Shown here in pieces: positions 29,369 to 48,125 of a stretch of DNA of 64,000 bases (its first letter is position 1; each line of letters begins with the position of its first letter). The DNA comes from a bacterium (GTDB taxonomy: Bacteria > UBA8248), in assembly GCA_965213685.1 (NCBI GenBank), contig CBDBZY010000064.1, forward strand, positions 1,248,001 to 1,312,000, written 5' to 3'. Made by a program: the position numbers and the translations under genes. Below the pieces are notes generated by a model, which was not told where the DNA came from, did no database searches, and saw only the letters and a program-made list of their open reading frames with translations.

Positions 29369-30262
29369 ATTGTGTGGGTGGGTTTGGGTGTGATTGCGTG
29401 GGTGAGGAAGGGAGTGTGTGGGTGGTACAGTCTTAATTGCTGCTGTAAAGTATGTATGTGCGTAGGGTGTGTGTGTGTGTGTGTATGTGGGTGTGTGTGT
29501 GGGGTGTGATTGCGTGGGTGGGTGTGGGTGTGATTGCGTGGGTGAGGAAAAGAGTGTGTGGGTGGTACAGTTTTAATTACTGCTGTAAAGTATGTATGTA
29601 CGTTGGGGAGGGAGGAAGGGAGGAGTGTGGGTGTGGGTGTGATTGTGTGGGTGGGTGGGTGTGATTGCGTGGGTGTGTGTGGTGTGATTGCGTGGGTGAG
29701 GAAGGGAGTGTGTGGGTGGTACAGTCTTAATTGCTGCTGTAAAGTATGTATGTGTGTTGGGGAGGGGGAAAGGGAGGAGTGTGGGTGTGGGTGTGATTGC
29801 GTGGGTGGGTGTGGGTGTGATTGCGTGGGCGAGGGAGTGTGTGGGTGGTACAGTCTTAATTGCTGCTGTAAAGTATGTATGTGTGTCAGGGGGGGTGGGT
29901 GTGGGTTTGTGTGTGATTGTGTGGGTGAGTGCGTGTGATTGTGTGTGGGTGTAATTGCGTGGGTGGGTGTGGGTGTAATTGCGTGGGTAAGGGAGTGTGT
30001 GGGTGGTACAGTCTTAATTACTGCTGTAAAGTATGTATGTGTGTCGGGGGGAGGGGGAGGATAGGTGTGGGTGTGATTGAGTGGGTGTGGAAGGGAGTGT
30101 GTGGGTGGTACAGTCTTAATTGCTGCTGTAAAGTATATAGGTGTGTCGGGGGAGGTGGAGTGTGGGTGTGGGTGTGATTGTGTGGGTGGGTGTGGGTGTG
30201 ATTGCGTGGGTGAGGAAGGGAGTGTGTGAGTGGGGGAAGGGGGAATATGTGTGTATGGGTGC

Positions 30263-30301
<39 letters not shown>

Positions 30302-30509
30302 TGGGTGAGTAGGGCTCGGGGCAGCCTTGATGGATGGTGTATGTTTGTGTGGTGTGGGCGGCGAGTTAATTATGTGGGTTGGGATGCATCTACATGTATG
30401 TGGGTGAGGTATTTTTGATTGATAGTGAATGAGTCGGTGAGGGTATGGGTGTGGGTGTTGTGAGTAGACGTGATTGTGTGTATGGACCTTGAATCGGCAG
30501 CAGACTTGT

Positions 30510-30675
30510 ACATGTACATGAATAATCAGTTATAGAGACAAGGCAAATGCAAGCAACGACACCCGAAGACAACTCCTTTTTTTCCAGAGAAAAAGAAGAG
30601 CTGCCTCGGGCGGGACTCGAACCCGCGATCTTCTGCGTTCTAGGCAGATGCTGTACCAGCATCTGCCTAGAACGT
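30510..30675 (-). mobile_element. 5'-rearranged tRNA(Ser-like) SINE inserted into a TACATG tract of the piggyBac internal region
   Basis: Absent from the sister copies (~25420, ~37670). It has a B-box GGTTCGAGTCCC, a TCTGC-CTAGAAC-GCAGA arm and a CATGTACATG tail. Confidence 0.75.
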
Positions 30676-32328
30676 GTAAGTGTGCCTAGAACAGTGTAAG
30701 TGTCTTTGTACTTTCTTTAGGATAGTGATAGTGTATATTACTCAATATTAACATGCTATTGATACTGCATAATTTCACTCTACGATGTACAGAACTTGGC
30801 CTAAGGATCTACTTGCCTTTCATCTGGATTAGTACACATGCAAGCTTTTGGAGCGGGTAAGCTCACAGAAAGGGATAGACCAGGAGTTGCCAAAGAAAGA
30901 GTAGATACGGTGAGAAAGAATGAGAAAGTGTGTTACTTTGTTCAAGCTTCAGATGTACATGTACATGTAGGTTTGAAGAGGAGGCACATGTACAGTACAT
31001 GTACATGTACATGTAGGTGCCAGTGTCACAGCATAGTAAGAGGATGCTACCACACACAAGCTGCTTTGCTGAATTCCACCAGCACTGACAGCTTCAACTG
31101 ACTCTTCTCTGTGTATTTCCTATTGATTTGTATGTATGTACATGTACATGTATGTGTGAACATGTGTATGTGGATGTATGTACATGTACATGTACATGTA
31201 TGTTGAGTGTGTATTCAGTGAGATTGTGTGCTCTACACTGTGTTTCCATGATTTTGTATGTATGCATTTGCTTTTAGATCAGTTTTTTGATGATTTCCTG
31301 AAGTTTCTAAAATTGAAGCAACCCTTAACCCTTTCGCTCTCAAAAGTGCGCATTTTTGCGCAATTTCTAAAACAGCGAAAAACTGGAGAAATATGGAACA
31401 TTTGATGATGCAATGTCGGCATGCGGGCAATTAACTGATAAAACTCCCACGCACCCCTTGAAGTGGCCTCTCGGCGCTTGGATGTGGCGGTCGGAGCTTT
31501 GATGTAGCTTTCATCTCTGCTATTGTATACTTTAAAAAAAGCAAGAAGCCTAGCAGGTAGTGTGATGAAGCGTCAGGGAGGGCTAGAGGTGACTGGAGTG
31601 AAGTCTGGGCTCTGCACGTAGCCATAAATGGGCCGCGCGGCTTCGATCTGTAGGAATACGGAGATTTGAATTGGTTGCCAGGAGACTTGCGGGTTTTGCC
31701 GTTGCCATGGAGGTAGCCAGGCGAGCGGAAGGGCCGGAAGTAAACGGAGATCTAAGAAAGACCGTGTCACGTCGCTCGCTCGTTCCATCGCGGGAACTCA
31801 AGCGAAAGGGTTATTAAAAAAAGAAAAGCAAGAAACCTAGCAGACATTGTTATGAACTGCCAAGGAGAGCTAGAGGTGGCTACAGTGAAGTCTGGGCTCT
31901 GCACGTAGCCATAAATCGGCCGCGCGGCTTGGATCTGTAGGAATACGGAGATTTGAATTGGTTGCCAGGAGACTTGCGGGTTATGCCGTTGCCATAAAGG
32001 TAGCTAGACGATCGGAAGGGCCGGAAGGAAACGGAGATCTACGTGTCAACGTCGTTCGCTCGTTCCATCGCGGGAACGCAAGTGTTCTGCGAAAACGACT
32101 AGGGATTAAACGTCTTTCTCCGGAGAGCCGTCTATACTGTGTCTACTAAAGAATGGAAGAGATTCGGCGAAAACGAGGGCAGGTCGAGAGAAACGAGCAA
32201 CCACGGTTAGCAGAGTATTTGTGTGTGTGTGGCTTTGTGGGTGTGATTGTGTGGGTGAGCAGGGCAGTGTGTGAATGAGGCAGCCTTGATTGCTGCAGTA
32301 GTGTGTGCGTGTGTGGGTGTGCGTGTGT

Positions 32329-32379
<51 letters not shown>

Positions 32380-34688
32380 GTGTGCGCGTGTATGTGTGAT
32401 TGTGTGGGTGTGATGGTGTGAGTGTGACTGTGTGGGTGTGTGGGGTGTGATTGTGTGAGTGAAGAAGGTAGTGTGTGGGTGGGCAGCCTTTATTGCTTCC
32501 GTACAGTATATGTGTGTGTGTGGAAGGGGATGGGGAAGTGTCTGTGTGGGCGTGGGTGGGTGTGGGTGTGATTGCGTGGGTGAAGAAGAGAGTGTGTAGG
32601 TGGGACAGCCTTGAATGCTGCCGTAAAATACATGTACATATATGTGTGTGTGTGTGGGTTGGTTGGTGGGGGAGGGGAAGTGGGAGTGTGTGTGTGGGGG
32701 TGGGTGTGATTGAGTGGGTGAATGTAGGTGTAATAGCGTGGGTGAGGAAGGGATTTTGTGGCACAGCCTTGATTGCCGCCGTAAAGTATATGTGTATGGA
32801 GGGAGGAAGAGGGGAAGTGTGTGTGGGTGCGACTGTGTGTGGGTGTGATTGTGTGGGTGGGTGTGGGTGTAGTTGCGTGAGAAAGAAAGTGTGTAGGTGG
32901 GACAGTCTTGATTGCTGCCATAAAGTATGTGTGGGTGTGTGTGTTGGAAAGAAGAGGGGGAGGGGAGAGTGTGTGGTGTGACTGTGTGGCTGTGGGTGTG
33001 ATTATGTGGGTGTGTGTGTGTGTGATTGTGTGCGTGAGGGAGCGTGTGCATTGAACAGCCTTGTGTGACTGTGTGGGTGTGGGTGTGATTATGTGGGTGT
33101 GATTATGTGGGTGGGTATGGGTGTGTGGGTGGGATAGCCTTGATTGCTGACGTAAAGTTGGAGGGGAGTGCGTGTGCGTGTGTGTGTGTGTGGGTGTGGT
33201 TGTAATTGGGTGTGTGAGGAAGGGAGTGTGTGCATGGGACAGCCCTGATTGCTGCCGTAACATGTGTGTGTGAAGGGGAGGGAGAGTAGGGAGAGTGTGT
33301 GTGTGGATGTGTGTGTGGGTGTCTGTGTGGGTGGATGTAGGTGTGATTGTGTGCATGTGTGTGTGTATGTGGGTGTGGGTGTGATTGCGTTCATGGGGAG
33401 GGCTGGAGGCAGCCTTGATGGATGATGTATGTTTCTGTGGTGTGGGCGGGGGGTTAATTATGTGGGTTGGGATGGATCTACATGTATGTGGATGAGGCAT
33501 CTTTGATTGATAGTGAGTTAGTGGGGGTATAGGTGTGGATGTCATGAGAAAGTGGGATTGTGTGAACACGTGTGTGCAATGTACAGCACCTTGAATTGGT
33601 ACCAGACTTGTACATGTACAGGTACATGTAAGTGTCTGCACTTTCTTTAGGATAGTGATAGTGCATATTACTCGATATTAACATGCTATTGGTACTACAT
33701 ATTACATCAAATTTCACTCTACAAATGTACCTGCAGGATGTACAGAACTTGGCCTAGGCATATACTTGCCTTTCCTCTGGATTAGTAAGCAAGCTTTTGG
33801 AGTGGGTAGGCTCACAGAAAGGGGTAGACCAGGAGCTGGCAAGGAAAGAGTAGATACAGTGAGAAAGAATGAAAGTGTGTTAAATTGTTGGAGCTTCCGA
33901 TGCTCATGTACATGTAGGTTTGAGGAGAAGATAGGTGCCAGTGTCACAGCATAGTAAGAGGATGAGACCACAGACAACCTGCTTTGCTAAATTCCACCAG
34001 CACTGACAGCTTCAAGTGACTCTTCTCTGTGTATTTTGTATTGATGTGTATGTATGTGTGTGTGTGTGTGTGTGTACATGTACTGTACATGTTGTGTGAA
34101 TATGTGCATGTACTTGCTCTTAGATCAGTTTTTTTATGATTTCTTGAAGTTCCCAAATTTGAAGCAACTCGACCCTTTCGCTCACAAAAGGGCGCATTTT
34201 TGCGCACTTTCTAAAACAGCGTAAAACTAGAAAATATGGAACATCGATGATGTAATGTCTGCATGCCTGATAAAAACTCCCACCCACCCCTTGAAGTGGC
34301 CTCTCGGCGCTTGGATGTGGCGGTTGGAGCTTTCATGTAGCTTACATCTCTGCTATTGCATACGTTAAAAAAGCAAGAAGCTTAGCAGGCAATGTAATGA
34401 AGTGTCAGAGAGGGCTAGAGGTGGCTGCTGTGAAGTCAGGGCTCTCGTAGCCATAAATCGGCCGTGCGGCTTCGATCTGTAGGAATACGGAGATTTCAAT
34501 TGGTTGCCAGGAGACTTGCGGACTATGCCGTTGCCATGGAGGTAGCCAGGCGACCGGAAGGGCCGGAAGTAAACGGAAGTCTAAGAAAGACCGTGTCACG
34601 TCGTTCCCTCATTTCATCGCAAAAACGCAAGTATACAGACACCATGTTGCCAGCCAGTACGCCATCTAGAGTACGTTCTCTTTCTTAT

Positions 34689-38761
<4,073 letters not shown>

Positions 38762-41079
38762 TTATAGGAATTGGACATATCGCGTTGGAAAGTTGCTCCC
38801 GAATGTCTGTGCTAGCTGTTACATTTTAGTGAACCATACAAATGCAATATTAGGTTAAAGAAATAGAAGCATGCTTTTCTCTGTTGTTTTTCTTTGGCCT
38901 GGAGCTATAAAGACCAGTGTTTTGTAGCGCTGCCGAGCGCAGTATGAGCTTTAGTTAGCGCATAACGTTTTAGAAATCGTTGCGGGCGAATTTTTTTGAA
39001 ACCACTTTCGACTTAGAATTTTCTTTAAAGCCAAACTAGGCATACGCAATCGTGAGACTATACTTCTTCGAATGTTGAATATGTGGAAGAAAGGCTCTTA
39101 CTCTTCAGCACACTAGGTAACCAATAGGTAGATGAAAGGGGGATGAAGACGCAAGTAGCGTATTGTGTGAGACAGTTTTGGTGCAAATAACAGCTATAGG
39201 CAGTAGAAAGTGCATTCAGAAAGGCTTGAGCATCACCAGAAGCAGTAGTCAAGCAGGGACAAAGACTAGTACAACTAGTGTTACCTCACTAGGTCGCCAA
39301 GACACCTGCCTACTCCTGCTCTCCCTGCTGCTGTAGCGTGTAGGCTTACAGCAATTCATTGTTTGCTATGCCGTAATTGACTAGCTTGTGTAGTTATAGC
39401 TGTACCAATTTCTCATCCGAATTGTTGAAAGCTGATGCAAGCTTGGAGCGCAACCAAAGTGGAGCTGAGAGCTTGTCAGCGGAAGGAAGGAGGAGAAAAA
39501 GTAGGCAAATGTCTGGACGACCTAACAACATTGTCACAGAAGACAGCAGAAGAACTTGAGGTGCCTTTTTAATCTGAAATGAATTCAAGAAGACATAGAA
39601 TATCCACTCTTCACATAGAAAAGCTTGGCAGCAAGGGAAGTGGTGACTCAGAACTTGTTCTCATGCATGTTACTTACCTTGCACATAGTCAGTTTAGATA
39701 AGAAACTAATTAGTGGTTAGCACTCTTATCAATTGGAATAGAGCTCGTTTGGAATAGAGCAGTTTGAAAAATGTCTGCCTGATTGGCTAACAGTCGCGAA
39801 TACACTACGGTAAAACACTCCGGGCGTACTTTTTCAACAAGTAGTGACCGTTATTACGCGTGACGCAACTTTTCATCAATGATAGTACCATTAATAGTAA
39901 TATTTCTGCACGATGTATAGTGATGGTTGTGATATATGTAATGAAACGTTTGTGCTATACCTATATTTCTTTGACTTAGAAACAATGACTTTTGTAATAA
40001 CTCAATTCATGGTCACTGATGTAGTACTATCTGGTCACTGTAGTTTAAAGATCATCATTATAGCAGTCCTTTTATACCATGATCACTGACTTTCCATTGA
40101 CCTATCATATTTACAACTATATACAGTCTCACATTACTGAACTCTATCTGTGTACTCTTGTCATCAAAATTATGCACAATTAGAGTTAACTGGAGATCAG
40201 AATAATCCTGTAAGCCATAGCTTATACAAATGGCAGACTGTGTTAGACCTTTTAGATCAAAGCTCAAAGCTCCAAGATCAAAGCAGAAAAGAACATTGAC
40301 AGTGCCAACACCATATCCGTGAGTAGCTAAGGAAAGGATTGCTCTACCAAAAAGCAAGGTAACACCAGTGAAGTCTGCATGACAGCGCTTTGGCAGACTA
40401 GCTAGTTGGACAGAAGAAAAGTTGTTTATAGGTGTACGAGTGCCTTTCCTGACATCATGTGAGCTACAGATCGCTGATGAATGATTATACATGTAGTATA
40501 GATAGTGTACGCAGCGCATGTGCATTTGTACCCAGACATGTCTTCTAGTTTTACAGCTATGAAGCGTTGAAAGTTGAATGTTTTTACTCTACACTTTGAG
40601 CCTATCTATCCCCAGGGACCTACAAGTGGTTTGGTTTAGACCACTGGAATGCATCTACCTCTTGATATCTTCAGGCATGTGCAGTTTCTGGTCTTTAGAG
40701 CTATATGCTAACTAATTTTTTGTGTGAACACTTAATTCTCAGATTGGACTACACAGCAATACATGTTCCCTTACGTTCCTGCTCTACGGCAAATACGTTA
40801 TCTCTCCAAACTTTGCTGTATTGTCGTGCCCCTGCGTCTGCCTCTGGATCACATTAGGCCGCCACAGTATGATCAGTGAGCATGAAATGGTCACTGGTGT
40901 AAATGTTTTGGAAATAAAGCAGCCGGTGGCGAATTTCTTGATCCTTTCTCTACCCGTCTTTTTTTACGTCTTTCACTCCCCTTCCCTTCCCTCTGCCGTC
41001 CTCCTCCTCTTCCTCCTTCTCTGTATCTTTCTATCTCTCTCTTTATCTTTGTCTCTGTGTCTCTCCCTCTTTAATTTTA

Positions 41080-41810
41080 TACTCTTTCAACTACATGTAG
41101 CATTCGAAAAAGTACACTTGCAAGGTTACCATATTGAATAGTCCATCACTTTGATGGTAAATTTTGACTGGTGTTAAAGTACACCTTATGGGAAGAACTT
41201 GAAAAGAAGGTAGCCAGCTGTATTCACTTTGATGTTGGGTACTATGAAAAGCGTTCTAACAAGTGCTAGTTCGCCACATCTGAAGAACTGGAGGGCATGT
41301 ATGCAAATATAAAAAATCAGGTTATATATCACTATGGTGTGACGCCGAGACTCAGCGTGACAAAAAATCTCGAGAGGAAAGAAAGGAATAAGAATAGTGG
41401 CACATCATCAAAGCTGGAGGAAGATGATGTTGATGAACTCTTAAGGATTCTTACTGAAAAGCATGGTGACACATGCAGTGCACCTCACCGAATACTGTGG
41501 GTTCGAACTATTCACTGTGGCACTCATGAGAGCCACAACACTGCACATGCTCTTCCAACGTTAGGTCCTCCTAAACGCCCTAAGAAGGAAAGGTTTACTG
41601 ATGCAATGGCAAGTGTGCTGTTGTTGCCTTTGCAAAAGCTATGAGCCCATCAATTCAAGAGACTCCAAGTCTTCTACACCACCAGCCTTCAGTCATGCTG
41701 TCCCGAGTACAGACCTGCAAATGAAGAACTTGCAGCAGCTACGTTCTATTAAGAAATTATTTTGACACAAGAAGCAAAAATGAAGCATTTTAGAGGCACT
41801 ACACAAACAA
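41080..41810 (+). pseudogene. Degenerate accessory ORF of unknown function, convergent with an IS630/Tc1-like transposase
   Basis: FDVGYYEK, EEDDVDELLRILTEKHGDTCSAPHRILWVRTIHCGTHESH and DLQMKNLQQLRSIKKLF. Resembles the ORF at 48126-48870. Confidence 0.55.
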
Positions 41811-41929
41811 ATAAGAAAGGCACTGAAAGATGTCAGTATGGGTATGAGTGATTACAGTGCACTTGAATGTGATTTGTTGGTGCTTGATAGTGAGCAGTTA
41901 TTGTACATTCTGCTATCCGATATCCACTC

Positions 41930-43084
41930 TCTAATCCTCAGAGGTGATGTATGAAAACGTAGCTAGAGGTCGTCTTGAAATATAGTTTCCATGCTCTTCA
42001 GTAGTTACTTGACCTTTGAGAAACTCTTCGATAGGATTCATATCTGGGTTGAAAATGGATAACTGCACCAATGTCAGTGATGATTGATAGAACCCTTGGC
42101 ACATGGTGAACTGAAGTTTTCCAAATAATCACAATACTACCTCCTCGTACTAAAACTCGGTCTATAGCCATATCTTCCCATTACATCTCGACAATATGAA
42201 CCAGTCTCATCTACAAAGATTAGCATGTGAGGCTTATTATTCCTTTCGCTCTCAAAAGTGCGCATTTTTGCGCACTTTCTAAAACAGCGTAAAACTGGAG
42301 AAATATAGAGCATTTGATGATGTAATGTCGGCATGCGGGCAATTAACTGATAAAAAACTCCCACGCACCCCTTGAAGTTGCCTCTCGGCGCTTGGATGTG
42401 GCGGTCAGAGCTTTGATGTAGCTTTCATCTGTGTTATTGTATACTTTAAAAAAAAGCAAGCTTAGCAGGCAGTGTGATGAAGCGTCATGGAGGGCTAGAG
42501 GTGGAGTGAAGTCTGGGCTCTGCACGCAGCCATAAATGGGCCGCGCGGCTTCGATCTGTAGGAATACAGAGATTTGAATTGGTTGCAAGGAGACCTGCGG
42601 GCTATGCCGTTGCCATGAAGGTAGCCAGGCGACCGGAAAGGCCGGAAGTAAACGGAGATCTAAGAAAGACCGTGTCATGTCGCTCTCTCGTTCCATCGCG
42701 GGAACCCAAACAAGAATAAGGAGACATCAACAGCAAATTGTTGTTTTAGCTCTTTGTCTTCTACCTAACCACAATCTGCATTCTTTGGTGGGTAAAATGT
42801 ACACTGTGGAAAAGGTGCAAAGCGATGAAGCACTAATGACTACACCACTAAGTGTCAACACTTCCGTCTGAAGTTCCCTGAAATAGATTCCAGGCTGCTG
42901 TAGCATTTTGTACACTTCTCGTAGCCTTGAACAAGGAAACTACCCAGCTGACTGTCGAATGATCAGTCCCTAAATTGTTAGCGACGACCTGGAGGCCTAT
43001 CCCCAACACCTCTTTCTGCCATGGCATCCTCCATCGAAGGTATTCGCTATAAGTGCTTGTTTTTTCAGGATTACTTGATATCAC
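41930..43084 (-). pseudogene. Degenerate IS630/Tc1-like transposase interrupted by a solo LTDR
   Basis: YSEYLRWRMPWQ..VANNLGTDHSTV, PGIYFRELQ, LIFVDETGS..GRYGY and DMNPIEE. Confidence 0.75.
42241..42710 (+). mobile_element. Solo LTDR of the piggyBac family (right end eroded)
   Basis: TTAT then TCCTTTCGCTCTCAAAAGTGCGC...CCATCGCGGGAAC. No internal sequence adjacent; it sits inside a Tc1-like ORF. Confidence 0.85.
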
Positions 43085-44997
43085 AAGTGTTCAAGTGCAA
43101 CAGCTCAGGATGTGCGCATGCGCGTACAATTTCAATATATTTCACGTTGCAAGATTGACAAAATTTTCTGTATCACCCAAGTCACAGCTGTTTTGTACAA
43201 CGTCACGTGAGAGGGTTACCAAGTTCTCCGACTGCTATATAGTCTCCACGCGTGGCCGCTGCAAATAGTAGCACTGACGGTTTCAGTTCCGTCTGAACCG
43301 GGCCGCGTTGTGTTGCCGGTACGCCTTTCGCATGGCGTGTGATGAGATCATGCGCGTCGAGAATACGCGTCGTCAACTCTGTCGGAATTTTGAATTTCAA
43401 TGGTGCGTAGATTTCATTTGTAAAGAGACACTGATACAATGATGACATCTGCTGAGCCTACAAGAAAGGCACCATACTCCAATGATATTCGCTAAAAAAT
43501 CGTTTGGCAACGTTTGGCAATGGATCTACCATACTGGAAGATTAGCTCAAAATCTCAGCATCGGGGTAGGTACCGTTACAACGTCTTCAAAACATTTCAA
43601 AACTCCGAAGAAGTTTTAAACTCTTCAAAACGAGGGAGAGCTGACTTACGAGCCCTCACAGCCTCTGAAGATTTTGTGGTTGGACTTGTATTAGAGAGCC
43701 CTTGTTTGTATTTGCGAGAGTTATTGTCAACGAGTAGAAGATATGTGGCGTTTCTGTCTCTGTCCTCTACGATCTGTCGACTTCTAGATCGACACGGCTT
43801 TTCTCGCAAAAAAGTGCAGAAGGTTGCTCTTGAAAGAAATTTTGAGTATCCATGGCTGATATTTTGGAGAATTATACAATAGAAAAACTAGTATGCCTGA
43901 ATGAGATGGGGAGTGATCGTCGAGATGCAATACGCCAATATGGTTATGCTATTCGAGGAGAAACTCCGGTGTGTCATCGCCTACAAGTAAAGAGGTCTAA
44001 GCATATCTACAATTGCAGCACTTTCTAGTGCTGGGGTAGTTGCTACTGAGTTCAAGCTTGAATCAGTTAATTCAGATGATTTTTATGATTTTGTTCGTGG
44101 AAGCCTAATTCCTAACATGCATCCTTATGATGGCATTGCTCCAATATCAGTTGTTCTGATGGACAACTGTTCTTTTCATCATTGTAGATGCGGTTACTGA
44201 TTTATTTGAAGCAGGTGGCATTAAAGTTATCTTTCTTCCTCCTTACAGTACCGATTACAATCCTACAGAACTGGCATTCAGTAGTATAAAATATTATTTG
44301 AAAGAACAGTGTTGTTATGCAGGCTATGCAAGACACCATCCCTTTAACCGATTAATTGCGGCTATTACGCGCACCCGCGTATACCGTAATACGGAATTTA
44401 ATTATTGGACTGAACTTTGACATCCACGGAATGAAGACACAGCTATATCTAGGAACCGGAAAAACTTTTGTACAGGCAAGTTCACATTTTTTGTAAGCAC
44501 TGTTCACGTGCTACCTCGTGATGTCCCCATGACTTTTTCAGACCACGTTGGAAAAGTCTCAGCCGCTTTTCACAACTGGTGAGTGATTGTTCGCGTGTCT
44601 GGGTGGGTTGCAAGTAGCTTAGTGCGTATGTGGACGCAAATATAACTTTCCACAGCCTTAGATATTCAATTCCACACTCGTAGAAGTTGGCAGACGATCG
44701 GTAGACGATCGCACGAGGTAGAGGTTAGCAGCTTAGCGTCCGTTTTATGCGTGCGTTATTTCATTACCCAACGCTAGTTACACGTAGCTGCATTGGAATA
44801 GACGCTGCAATTTTGTAGTCACAAAACCTTCTTTGTCTGACCTAGTTGGATGAAGAGAGATATCTATGACAGAGGTAACAGGGAGATTGATAACAGTAAG
44901 TGCAAGTAACCTAGCATAGCTTACAAACTACATAAACCTGCATGACATTGGATGACATGTATGTGTAGGTGAGGTAAGCAACTTCATTGTGCAGGGG

Positions 44998-45646
44998 TTA
45001 GGACCTGTGATGGAGGAGGAAGCAATCACTCCCATCTGTCAGCCCAGTGTGACACAGGTACACCTGGCAGTCCGGACAGTACCATACTGTCTCTCCTCTC
45101 CGTGGAGGCTGTCGTATATTGGAGCAGTAATGGCACCGGCCTACTCCCTTCTTTGTGCTCTTCTTGGCCTTCACAGGGAAGTGTCTGATGGCAAGGGTTG
45201 GTCTCACTGTAGCACCACGACCGGGACGTTTACGGGAGTTGTAGTCCCCTATCAACCCTCGGGCTAGCTCCAGCCTGAACTCCTTCAATGACTTCATTGC
45301 AGGATCGCGATTGGTGGCAATGCAATAGTGGATGAAAAGTATGTATGCATTGGTGATGCTCACCTCATGCAAAAACCAAAAAATGTATTTATATGGCTTT
45401 CTTCCTTTCAGGCGGACATGATAATACTTGCGGAGCTGGTCATTCCTGTCAAGACCACCCATGAAGCGGTTGTACAGGACGATGGACGTTGGACATGTGA
45501 TGGAGCTTCTGCTGCCTGATTGCTGACGCCTGAGCACTGCCCCTGTACTGTCAGGCTGGGTGTTGGTGGACAGGACAGTGACAACCTTGTTATCCAGCCA
45601 CAAAGTTGCAACCAGGCTTCCCTTCTGCATGACAGTACTGTCTCCC
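44998..45646 (-). CDS. piggyBac transposase exon 2 (third catalytic D, Cys-rich C-terminal domain)
   Basis: tttttgtgcag acceptor; WLDNKVVTVLST, YNRFMGGLDRNDQ and CHYC..CPDCQVYLC..CFLLHH, then stop. Confidence 0.9.
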
Positions 45647-46246
<600 letters not shown>

Positions 46247-47463
46247 CTATTGTTCATGCCAAGTCGTCGTTGTTCTCGCTTCCCCTTCCCCTTCATTTTC
46301 AGGGCATCAGGAAACCCTACATATGACTGTCGTGCAGTCCCACACCCATACAAGCCCTTCGACAGCAGAGATGAGAGGAGGGATACTGAGGTGAAATAAT
46401 TGTCAAAGTACATGTGGTAGTGGAGACCCTCCAACTTCCTCGACAGGTCCAACACCACTCTCTCGCCTAAGTTGTGCTGTCTACCTCCAGACCCTGCCCG
46501 ACCAGTGTACACCTGCAGCTCAGACAGATAGCCGTTATGCGGGTCTGCCCGGCACCACACCTTTATGCCCCTCTTGATGGGCTTTGCTGGCAGGTACTGC
46601 TTGAGGCTAGATCTACCTTGGAAAGGGATCATAGCCTCGTCAATGGACTGCTCACGGTGGGGGTTGTACTTGTCAAGGAAGAGCTCCTGCAGGGCAGTCA
46701 TCACTGGGCGCACCTTTCCAAGGCAGTCGTAGCCTGGCTCTCCTCGCATGGGAAGAGTGCTGTTGTCAGTGAAGTGCAGGTAGCGGTGGACGTCACGGAA
46801 ACGATCTCTGGAGATACGATCTGCTATGGGTGAGTAGTGGAAGTACAGGTCTCGTCTCCAGTAATCGTTGATGGCTGGAAGCTGGACCAACCCCATCAAG
46901 ATGGAGAACCCGAAATACGCCCTCAGTTCATCCACGGTCACCTTCTCCCATGTGGAATACCTCTCTGCTCCCATCACCTGGCTGGCATAGAGGTTGGTCT
47001 GCTGAGTGATCATGCTGCAGATCTCATCAGTGAAGAAGTGTTGAAACACTTCACAAGGGGAGGCAGGGATGTCAAACGTTGGGCCTACAGCCTCAGTGAA
47101 TGGCTCTATATCGACTGGCTCTAATTCAGTCGTCCATACGAGTGACTCAGGTGGTGGAGAAGGGGTTGAACTGGTGTCGGAAGGAGGAGGAGAAGGGGTA
47201 GTAGTGGAACTGGTGTGGGAAGGAGGTGAGGGTAGATCTCTGGGCGTCAGTGTTGGATCCTCTCCACTAAGGACATCCTGCGTTTCAGCGTCCGAGTCAG
47301 GATCAGACTCCTCAAAATCCTCGGCCCCCTCCAGCACAAACTCTTCATCATCGCTCCCTTGCATGACTGGTTCCAGATCATCTGCATCCAACTCGTCCAG
47401 TACGTCATCCACAGAAAGCCACGGTCTCTTTTCCATCCCATCAAAGTTGTCTCTCGATGCCAT
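46247..47463 (-). CDS. piggyBac (PGBD4-like) transposase exon 1
   Basis: Acidic N-terminus, SIDEAMIPFQGRSSLKQYLPAKPIKRGIKVW and YFDNYFTS. Spliced to exon 2 it gives 1866 nt (621 aa) from the MASRD start; an upstream in-frame ATG at 47535 is possible. Confidence 0.9.
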
Positions 47464-48125
47464 TGATACTGAGGATGTGTTTATTGTTACTTCTTGCATT
47501 GTGTATATTATTTTTAATGCATTGTCTACCTCCATGCAGAGTTAGAACGCTTACTGTATTGTTTACTACGACTTCTACATTTAGAACAGCCTTTGCTTAC
47601 CTCGTACACACGCTGCGGTTGTTTGACTGTAGACAGCTGCACTACGCAGCTGTACATGAACTTCGTCCGCGTTTTACGGTTATTAGTCTTATGTAATCCA
47701 TATTTGCTTAGTTACTTAACTACTACCCCTCCCCATGCTGAGTTAGCAAACGAAGTTTGACAGAGCTAGAGTGTATACTTGCAGCGCTCGAGGCGCTTCC
47801 GGACGCAGGGTAAGATTGACGCTGATCGGCGTCTATCGCCATTTAGCGTCATAACGCGCAGAGCGCCGTTCGGCGTCTATCGCTATTAATCGGTTAATTA
47901 AATGTGCATTTGATCGTATCTCTCCTGAAATGTGTAACAGTTGGATATCATGCTGTTGGTATGTGTAATTTGAGTCTTCATTAATTTTATAACGATATGT
48001 GTATGTGCAAATCATAATACATATACATATACATATCAGATGCAACACAAAGGCACTGCTTCAGGAAATGTACAGGCAACATAACACCACTTTTCACCAC
48101 GTTACTTGTTCATAAGATTTTGTAC

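Noticed and set aside
40058-40525. 155-aa ORF
   Set aside because: No recognisable motif or supported splice structure; cannot be assigned.
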